Assembly: GCA_012295275.1 (NCBI GenBank)
Contig: CM022672.1
Coordinates: 3,410,001 to 3,474,000 of the forward strand
Length of the DNA stretch: 64,000 nt
Direction of reading: 5' to 3'
DNA from: Chrysomallon squamiferum
Lineage: Eukaryota > Animalia > Mollusca
Part shown: positions 54,501-64,000 of the stretch, piece after piece
Layout of the letters: each line of letters opens with the position of its first letter
How positions within the stretch are numbered: the stretch's first letter is position 1
The notes under the pieces: generated by a model
Seen by the model: only the letters and a program-made list of their open reading frames with translations
Told to the model about the DNA's origin: nothing
Database searches by the model: none
Program-made: the position numbers and the translations under genes

Positions 54501-57500
54501 AATAAGTTCTTTACTGTCAAGACACTCCTCAACCATCAACTTTTTTTGTGTTTTTTTTTAACCTATCTCATCTTGAAACAACAACAGTAATAAATAGCGA
54601 TCTCTAAATAGTAATTAAAAAATAAGAAGAGGAAAAAAACTTGAAAGAAAGAAATGAAAAATACCCAAACATTCAGTTAGTTTCCAAAATATTTCTCCAG
54701 AAACTAAATGAATTTATTTTAAAGAGTAAAAAGCAGGGTCAGATTTAAGCGATTACCTTTCAGATATATATAAATATATCTATAAATAATTATCTGTCAG
54801 GGCAAACAGAGTAAAATACAGATCTCTCTGTCTTAATTCACTTCATAATACACCATCATGGACAAGATCTTCAAATAACAGCAGTATTAAATCAAGGATC
54901 AAGCATCACTGAATCAGCTAGCTCTATGTATACTTTACACTAAGAATCATTTAGCTTTCTGAATGCAAAGATTAATTTGGTATTAAACTAAAGAAATACG
55001 AGACAGCATCAGAAGCTTCTTCATCAGTCCAAGAGTATCAATCATCCAAAGTCTGATGGCTGCAGATTTTGTTAATTTTATGTCCTCTTCTGATACCTGT
55101 GTTACATGTAGCCAGAAGGTAATGGGTATATGTGTGCTCTTTAATGGTCAGTTATTTATGGAAAAAAGTCTGGTGCAGAAACAATATCGGAATTTGATCC
55201 AATGTTCAAGACAGGGATAATTTAAGAGCATATTAATGTCATTTCATGCTGAATTATTCCATATGCCATTATAATAATAATATTAACCAAAAAATATTAT
55301 AAAGAAAATTAAAACAACCAGTTTTTTTAAATTTAAACCTTCAATAAAAAGAACATTTCTCAGGTCTTTTTATGAGCCATTTATTATCCAATCTTAAAGT
55401 TAGTGAAACATGATGCTTTTAACAATATGCTACACATTTTATAAACATAAAACATTAAAAAAAATCAAATTAAATCAATAAAATTTAACCAGAACAGCCT
55501 GATTAAATGCATAAATGGAAATCAGGGCAAAACATTAAGATTTATTGTATTTTATTTAAGTGTTTTGCTCTCATAACCTGTGACAAATATCTACAAAAAA
55601 AAAGAATACTTATCTATTATATTACCCTTTGCAGCAGTTTGCCGTCTCTAATCATGATAATAATAAAAAATTAAAAATAATAATTACTCTTTTTTCTTCT
55701 TTTCTTCTTATTTAATCACTTACTTTTAATAGTAGTTTTATTTATTTATTTATTTATTTATTTTTAATTATTTTTTAATTATTTTACTGATTTGAATTAT
55801 TTTTGGTTGACATGAATTTCTTTCTAACAGCGTATCAAATAAATCAACTGACATGTTTTACAAGTTCACAAAATTGTTTCATCATCTGTTAATGTTACTA
55901 GTACATGTAATCTAAATACGTCCAAGGAAATTAATTCTGACTGTGGAGCTTGTTTTAATCTGTAACATTTAATATCCTAAAGTTAGTTCATTTCTGTGAT
56001 TTCTCAGATCTAATTTTTTTTTTTTTTTTTTCTCTTGTAAGGTAATACTAATGAATGTAAGGATGTGGAAACTGCTGTTATGTTTCTGTTTCCAAGCAGA
56101 TCTAATAATGAATGGCAGAACTGTGCATGGATTTAAGCATGAAAACAGACATACCATTTTCACCTCTTGCCAATTCTATCTTTTCTATTTACATTTTAAC
56201 AAAACTAATATTACTTTCAGCTGTCTTTACCAGTCCTTGTACTTCTGTACAGCTGATATAAGACGTTACTATGATGAAATGTGATCAAAATTTAAATAAC
56301 TCATATCTGAATTTTCTAAGTTTTATTGTTTCTTTATACATCAGTTTAAAATTCATAAATCTCCTTCCTGTTGGTATTTTTATCTATTTAAAAAAATCAG
56401 AGAAAAAACCCCAAAAGGAAAACAAAAGGAAAAAAATACAAAACATAAAGAAATCAACAAAAGTAAAAAGTTAGTCAGCAACTCTAAGAGTTTCAGTGAA
56501 TTTCTGAGTAACACCTTCCTTATCACAACATGAGCAAACTGTTTTAAAGAAATATATTCACAATATATGACCTGACTCTAAAAACAAGCCACTGATCAAA
56601 ACTAATATTATTACCTTAACATATACATTTCTAGCTGTGTCAATACCAGACAAAGGGTATATTATCTGATTTGTGCAAGCTGTAATTTATTTAGCAGTTA
56701 TAATTTCCTCTTTTTCTTTCTTCCTTTCTTTTTCTCTCTTTTTTCTTTTTTAAAATTAATTTTACAATGTATTGGATTCCATCACAAAAATATGGGGTTT
56801 TTTGTATTTTTTTATTCATTTCTAGTAGGATTACAACTAAATAAATTTTCTGAAGTTAAAAGGGAGATAAAAGTTTTTAGCAGATAGGGCTGAAAATCAA
56901 TGATTTTAACCTCTACAAAATATTTTACTGTTATTGGACCTAGTGACTTCCAGCTGGTTTTGTAATGGAGGGTCACATTAGTACTTTACTGCCTATGGGA
57001 AAATGTATATAAAAGATCCCTCATTGTTAATTGATACAAACAGCTCCTCTGAGGCAGGCAATCTGGATTTCACATCCTTTGTTACATTAATACTACACAG
57101 AATACTACATTACAAGTTACACTACAGTTTTAAAAACATGTACATGGATTTTATTTCCAAGTTCGAAGGACGATATATAAACAGATAATACTATTTCATC
57201 TGTGTGAAACAATTTAATTGTTCAGAACTTGTATTACAATACAATATCTATTCCTCTAAATAAGAAATATCACATAGCTAACTGTGTCAACAAGAGACTA
57301 AAACATGTACATTTACAAATGAAATTACCAAAAATGTGAATTTTATTCTGTTAAATCAAATGAGTCCTTAATAAATTTTGTTATCAATTTCAATGAATAA
57401 AGTATAAAGAAACTTAATAAAATCTGGTAAACAATAAAATAAAACATATGATTCTGAGAAGTACTGATAATGAGGACAGTATTTTCTAAAATATTTCAGT

Positions 57501-59597
57501 TTGTAGACTAACATGAAATTATTCTAATAACTATCAGGACCGCTGGATTAATTCTCTTCCTTCTGAATAATAGGCAATTTCCCATTCCAGAAGGTGCTCA
57601 TGTTGGGTATACCAAAGATCATGATCATATGTCTTTGCCATAGCTCACATAATAATTATACTGTTGATTATTATTACAAATGACACATGGAGAAAAAGTT
57701 TCTTCTTATTTACCTGATGCTTTTTTATTTCGGATACAAAAGTATGAAGATGTATGGTTCATTAAAGTATGAAGAAATGATCATTTCATACTGTTTAAAC
57801 ATGCAGAATAAGATTAACTAATCCTTCCTAACTGCTTAGATTAACCAGTAAATTCATAAATCCAACTCAACTGTTTATAACAGTAATTCAGTTTAGATGT
57901 TTAAAAAAGTAGATCAGATTACATAATTATACAGTGATTTTAATTCCTATTCACAGATAATACCTATAACCTTGAAAAATACTGTAGCTAGTTTTGATTT
58001 AAAATAACAGAATATGGTCAATGATCATGTTCTATGGCTCAAATATCAATCATTTCAGTGTATTATATGTCAATATTAAACATTAATATTCTAAGCAGGC
58101 AGTTTTTATTTTGGTTTATGACTGACCTGCATATTTGTATTTATCAAACACCTTTTGGCAACTGTTTTACAAAGACACATGTAACGGTCCACTAAACAAC
58201 CAGAATAATTAACCCATATTCATCAATCAATGAATGAAAGAGTGAACAGCAGACAAAGAAATAAATATTTAAAAAAAACAAAACACACATATAAAACTAC
58301 TGAAAAACAAACAAAAGAAAATCATAATAAAACAGATGCAATTAAGAACAAAATAAAAGTCTTTTAAAAATTAAATATAATAAAATTAAATCACTGTTTT
58401 TGAAATAATATCAAATCTAAAATTTTATTGCAATTATTCAGAACACAGTATCTTCAAAATTACCCCTTTTTTTTAAATTTCTTTTTTTTAAATTTTTTTT
58501 TTTTTTTTGAATAAATCTACAATTTCACAAAACTGCATTACTTTCATCTGTTACTAAGTGCTTGGAAGCAGTTCTGATTTAAAATGGAGAATTCCTGAAA
58601 AAATTATTTCTTACAATTACTCTAAATGCTGCAGGACATAACAGTTTTTCATCTATTTAATAATATGTCATTTAGAAAAAGGTTTGCAAGTAAAAGTACA
58701 GGTCACAACCATTTTAGTTATTATTATTATTTTGTTTTGTTCTTTTTTTTTTTATTTTTTTTTTTTTTATCATGAACCTTCCTGAGAGAAAATTAATAGG
58801 GGGAGGAATAGTATTTATATTTTATATAGATTTTATTCTTTTTATAAATAATTTATCTTTACTGTCATTTATAAATGAGAATAGGAGTTCTATGGTTAGT
58901 TCACAGATCTGAAATCACTGGATCAGTTTTCCTCAGTGCAATTATACTTTTTTTTTTCCTTTTCCAGTCAGTTGAAACTGCAAGTTTTTCAGATTCTGTG
59001 GTATATGCTTTCACGTCAATGCATGGTAAAGTGCTTATCACAGACCCTTGCTAACTAATACATCCCATGGCCCAGCACAAGTGGCTTCTTCTTTCATAAC
59101 CATTAACGTGCAAACACCAAGTATTTGACTCCTAAACTCCATTAATAAAAAGTATTTGTATTCAGGCATCATTAAATAAATATTCTTTATTATTCTCATC
59201 CTTCTGTTCATCATATGAAAATGTTGGCTCCAGAGTGAAAAAGTAGTTAGACTGTAGCATTAATTTGACATTAAAGTATAAATAAATAAATAAATAAAAA
59301 CAAAGCTTTTTGTTGGTGTCATGAAATAAACAGAAATACAAGAAATGCATAAATTTCAAAATGAAATATAAATAAATAAATAAAACATACTGGCTGATGT
59401 TTTGAGTTTGCAATTCTTGGCATGGCATTCTATAAATGAAGATATGCCAGAAATGCATACATATCAAAATGAAGTTTAAACAAAGAAAAACAAAACAAAA
59501 CAAAAAAACTTACTGGCAAATGTGGTGAGTTGGCAGTGCTTGCTGTGGTGTCATCAAGTGTTTGGTTCTGAAGTTTCTTGGTTATCAGTGCCAGCAT
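42859..59597 (-). CDS. FAM53A: FAM53-family protein (FAM53A/B/C co-ortholog), 415 aa; join complement(59514..59597,49210..49264,48251..48963,44053..44112,42859..43194)
   Basis: N-terminus MLALITKKLQNQTLDD resembles the vertebrate FAM53 start (M.TLITE.LQ.Q.LD). Internal family motifs are APPTKKYCRSLS, SKLWRPI, PPGSPIPRPSSA and RCRSQPCVLHDRRFGKKRRR...RPTLNFHKM; the C-terminus is LDIDQIESH. Phases 0,1,0,0; total 1248 nt. Paralog symbol is approximate. Confidence 0.9.
43368..43636 (+). repeat. ~270-bp direct repeat, copy 1
   Basis: Colinear with 44560..44830, sharing e.g. aataattttcagtaagtatctatctctgtatttct, gcatccagtataacatacatacatcaatgtcaa and cacatgattaactagattatgaagttaaccc. Confidence 0.93.
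44053..44112 (-). CDS. FAM53A: FAM53 60-nt symmetric exon
   Basis: tttttcag|ACTGCC...CAG|GTGACA; encodes TAYGRNQRSDPVDTPGFDQQ; phase 0-0. Confidence 0.7.
44560..44830 (+). repeat. ~270-bp direct repeat, copy 2
   Basis: Colinear with 43368..43636, with scattered substitutions and small indels. Confidence 0.93.
46657..46719. repeat. (GA)n microsatellite
   Basis: Visible directly in the sequence. Confidence 0.95.
48251..48963 (-). CDS. FAM53A: FAM53 large central exon
   Basis: ttttacag|GAAGG...GAG|GTAAAA; overlaps ORF 48185..48925 and carries the family motifs. Confidence 0.93.
49210..49264 (-). CDS. FAM53A: FAM53 55-nt exon
   Basis: ttttttcag|AATTCA...AAAG|GTACTA; bridges phase 0 to phase 1 as required. 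Confidence 0.75.
50005..50065 (-). mobile_element. SINE tRNA-like head remnant
   Basis: The minus strand reads gttgctccatggtttgaacactgtcctgaagagctgtggattacaggatcaattc, with A-box-like and B-box-like motifs at tRNA spacing. Confidence 0.35.
51447..51502. repeat. (ATT)n microsatellite
   Basis: Visible directly in the sequence. Confidence 0.95.
57540..57625 (+). mobile_element. SINE fragment, opposite orientation
   Basis: ggattaattc...ggcaatttcccattccagaaggtgctcatgttgggtataccaaagatcatg loosely resembles the reverse complement of the 36230-36300 segment. Confidence 0.3.
59514..59597 (-). CDS. FAM53A: FAM53 coding exon 1 (exon probably starts at 59823)
   Basis: accaccATG; donor CCA|GTAAGT; upstream acceptor tgttgttgcag| at 59824/59823. 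Confidence 0.88.
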
Positions 59598-62484
59598 GGT
59601 GGTTGGGCACAGCAACAGGCTGGTAGAAAACCAGGAATGGAGCAGAACAAGGATCAGAGATCCATGTTGATGGTCTGCCTCTGCCTGTACCACTTGGTCA
59701 TGCACAACAATCACTTTGTTCATTGAGACACTGACTGCCACCCCTTGTCTCTGTCAACTGATTGGCTGACATCAATCGAAAGACTGACCTTGTAGAAAGC
59801 AGTCATGTCTGTTCCAGTAGCCACTGCAACAACACATTTATGAAATAATTATTTTTTGTTATTTACTTTTAATTAACATTCTGAAAAAATGTTACAGTGA
59901 AACGACAAGAAAAAGACATTAAAAAGATTTTATGTTGTCTGACTTTTTTAACATTTGTGTATTTCTTTTTTCGTTTGGCACCCATTAGCAGACATATTTT
60001 GTTTTTCTTTTTTTTAGTGCCTGGGTGTAAAAGATTTGGTTGTATATTAACAGACTTGTATTAATGCAGATACATATTAAATATAGATAAAAATGTCACT
60101 GTCAAAAGTAACTTTTAAAAGATATTGAAACATCCACTTTTAAGAGCTATTTTTTATTTAAATATTAATTATAAACATTTTCATAACAAACATAAGCAAT
60201 AACTTTTCTAATCAGTCTGTTTTTTCATTTAGGAAAAGCCAAATTTATAAATATATTTTGTCCTTTAAATTTATATTTTTAAACATTTTAAATAAATAAT
60301 AATTGAATATTTTAATCACCAAAGACAAAGCAAATTATAAACTGCAATCACATTTTAATTTCTTTAAAATGATAGAGCAAATAAAAACAAAAACACCTGA
60401 TACAACATAAAAATACACACACATGTAAAAATGTCTAGATAATGTTCAGAACAGACATATCATTTATTTATTATGTTATTTTTACCTCAGCTCTGTAATA
60501 ATACAATTTTATAACCACATAATCACACAGCTGAAAACATGAACATTTCTTTGTATATTCATGTAAAGGCCTGCAGTGTAACTAAAACTTTTTATTTTGC
60601 TTATATCAAATCCATAGAAACAATTTATAGCTTTTTATATAGAGCAAAACAAATCCATAATAAATCGAGTGTTTTTAAAAAGACCATGAATTAAAGGATT
60701 TGATAATGACTTGGTGGATATGATATTACAGAACTATTCCAAACCAAATAACTGAACAAACTGTGTTCACAGTATGCCCACACAATCACTACCTGGATGT
60801 TTTCCAAGTTTTAGTTTAATGATGGCAGTAGCTGAACATGTAATTGATAGATGCTAGTCAAAATGACAAGAAAAAAAAATAATAAAGAGAAAAATGTTTT
60901 CACAGGCCTCTGGTATGTTAACATTGGGTAATCACATATGAAAATATTCTGAGTAATGACAGAAGATAAATTACTGCAGCTACAACTGAGATTAATGTCA
61001 ATGCCACACCAACATTTGCAAATGTATAAAGGTTACCCAACATTGCGTGCATCATATCAATACAAAAAAACAAAAAAACAAAAACATAATGCAAACAGTT
61101 TAAAAACAAAAATTTAAATATTAGATTTTGAATATATCATTTTTTATTTTATTTTATTTTATTATGTTTTGTTTTGTTTTATTGCATGTGTGTGTGTGTG
61201 TGTGTAAACTTTATTTTTTTTCTTTGGAAGAACTCAATTTTTAAATCTCAAAATAATTAATATGTTAAAAAGCAGCTGAATTATTTCTAACTTCAGTAAA
61301 AATATTATATCCAATATGTGACATTTTGTCACATGAGATTCAGTGCAGGTAAGACAATAAATTACATTACTGAAAACCAAGAAATAAATCTATTCTTCGA
61401 TAATATCAATAAACAGTGTACGAAATTGTCCAACAAATACATGTGTAGCTGTACATTAACTGAGATTACAATATCTAACACTTTCTCATCTATGTGGAGA
61501 AACACAACCTTTTTTCCTTTTCACAAATCAACATCAAGCTTCAACAAAACTTTAATTTACAGTACAAGAAGAAACAACTTACTGAATTAAGTTAATTTTT
61601 ACAGATAATTGTTACATTACAGCTGGAAATGTCAACATAAAAAAGAACATATATTACAGCAGTGAGCAGTTTGAGATAATGAAGTTTCCAATTACATCCA
61701 GCTATTTCAAAAAAAAAAAAATAATAATTTAAAAAATAATAGTGAAAATCTCTTTCATTTACTTTTATAATATAAAACAAGTTAATCATAAAGTAGAAAA
61801 TAAACAAGATGCTGTTATTTCCCACACCAATTGTTTAAACCAAAGTTGTACTGATCGAAAAAAAAAAAAAAAAAAAAAACTTCATAAAAATGACATCCCT
61901 GTACAATCTAATCACATATTTGTATATGTATGTGTGTATTATCATTTACTTGTAAAATGCTTTGTGATTATAAATACATATAAATAAATTTCCTATAAGA
62001 TATTAACATTCATTAACAAGTTCTAATAGATTTTATCCTTGACCACATTATTGCCATTACTGGACAATGTTGACATCTCTGTTACATACAGTAAATTAGA
62101 AAACATTAGCAACTTTAAAAATGAGCAATAACATTATCTGCTACTTTAAACTACTTTTTATTGGCACATCCAACATTCATAAGCATCTTTATTAAATTTG
62201 TGGTTATCATGTGACAAGGACGTGGGTTTTGTAATGATGGTCTGAAGGAGAAACCTTGCTGGTGCATTGTGGGGTTTTTTTTGTTGTGGATTAAGAGAGA
62301 GCAGGATCATTTTAAAGGGTGTTTGATACAGAAGCTGGAACATTAGACAAAAACAAAACACGTGAGCACCCAGTAATAAGAAGTAATTCAGCAACCATCC
62401 ATTATTAGAAAAGCTATCTACAGTTGAGCTTAAACAGTTTTTTTTTTTTTGTCAATTAAGAAATTATTTTATTTAATCAGGAAG

Positions 62485-62715
62485 AGGTGGGAAAATTTTC
62501 TAAATGATTTATTACACTGAACACATTTTTAATCACCTTTATGTGGTCTCATAGATATAATGTTAAGGATCACATAAAGAATGAGAAGAAATTCACTGCC
62601 TCCATTTGACAGGCAATGCTTTTCTAATTAATTGCAAGTGATCTTTTATACACAGCTGTGCACAGACTAGAAAGCACATTGATAAAATAGTTGTGTAACT
62701 AGTTCGAATGGGAAA
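62485..62715 (-). mobile_element. Decayed SINE copy (same family)
   Basis: acacatttt...gttaaggatcaca...gcaagtgatcttttatacac...cacagactag is colinear with the other copies. Confidence 0.4.
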
Positions 62716-64000
62716 CAGGCACATATATGAGGTTTGATCTTGCAACACACTCTAAACCTGGAGCAAAATTTACTAAGGTATCTTTTAAGGTCTTATTATC
62801 ATAAAACTCCCCAAAAACCAACAGATATAGAACTAAAGAAATCAGGTGCATATTATCAATTCCAGAAACAAAAATTACTGGAACGTTGACACAAACTGCT
62901 GTGATCACAAGCCCTTTATTCATTAGATGTAATTTTGGTAGTCACTCTGTTGTCCTAATTATTATTAATTTAACGTATTTATGGTAAATGAATTAAAAAA
63001 ATCTTTAGAACTGATTTAATTTGCATGTGTACATTATCAAAATAATAAGATTTCCAAGACTCTGAACACTATGAACCAATGAAAATGCCTCCGTAGATTT
63101 CAATGACCTCAGTTCCACTTAGATTTGACAGAACTTTATAGTTATAATATTTATATTTTGAAAGATTATCAGTATCCTGTTAACTATTTTCTAACCAATT
63201 AAAAAAAAAAAAAAAAAAAAAAGTAATTTCATACCTTTCATGAGCGGTCTATCATTTTCAACAATGTCTTCTGAAAGTTAGTTTTTAAGAAAAATTCAAT
63301 ATGGATGTGATGTTTCCAACAACATCCTTTGAATTTTACAGTTTTTAACAGAAGTTTCAGTATAGTTTATGATGTTTCTAATACAAGAATCTACCTGGTT
63401 TCTTTACACGTGTGAATGAAGCAAAGCTATTCCAAGTTTATGTGCCAAACCCAAATTAGATTTGTAAAAACAGGGCATAAATTGAATAATAAATAACTGT
63501 TCCACACCCATGCAACATTCAGCACACTTAGCAGGTTACATTAAAAATGACATATAAAATACACACATATATATTTAAAAATTACTTCTGACTCAATTTC
63601 CTTTGAATTTTAAAAAAAATAATAATAATAAATAAAAAAAAATAATGAAACATCTACTTTCAAGTGTTGTTACAGGAAATAACAGTAATAATAATTTTTT
63701 TTTAAATTCATTGTCTTTTATTTTTTTGTTTTTTTGTTTAGTTTATTTTGTAATTTGATCATGTAGGGTGAATGTTATCACAGTATTTTCTACACGTTTT
63801 ATACGTAATTTCTTAAAATTTAATTTTCAAATTTAATTTTGCTGCATTTATTAGTAATGTATATATATACTATTTATTTTTCCACAGTTGGGCATTAAAT
63901 AAATTTTATTACAAAAAATTTACTTGTATTAAATCAACATTTACCCTTGAAATTTACAAGATAGAGACTCGTGTTATTTTGGGGTTTTTTAAATGTTTAG

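Overview
AT-rich, microsatellite-rich, CpG-depleted animal genomic DNA. It is probably an invertebrate; decayed tRNA-type SINE fragments suggest a gastropod mollusc, but that is an inference. I reconstructed four spliced protein-coding genes by hand with consistent intron phases. (1) A CNNM/ACDP Mg2+ transporter on the minus strand: 6 coding exons, 15107..5551, 828 aa, one apparent GC donor. (2) A WBP1/WBP1L-like PY-motif membrane adaptor on the minus strand: 5 exons, 23761..18702, 220 aa. (3) The longin R-SNARE YKT6 on the plus strand: 7 coding exons, 27583..31585, 198 aa, ending CCRIL. (4) A FAM53-family gene on the minus strand: 5 coding exons, 59597..42859, 415 aa. The most striking structure is a 13-copy, ~40-bp minisatellite in the WBP1L-like gene. 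It is built from the end of exon 2 plus its 5' splice site, so 13 tandem GTAAG donors compete, and any donor other than the first adds an immediate stop just before the TM helix. Other notable points are a ~270-bp direct repeat bracketing a symmetric FAM53 exon, a uORF-dense FAM53 leader with two ATGA stop/start overlaps, and WBP1L-CNNM linkage mirroring human 10q24. Nearly all other ORF-track entries are low-complexity artefacts.
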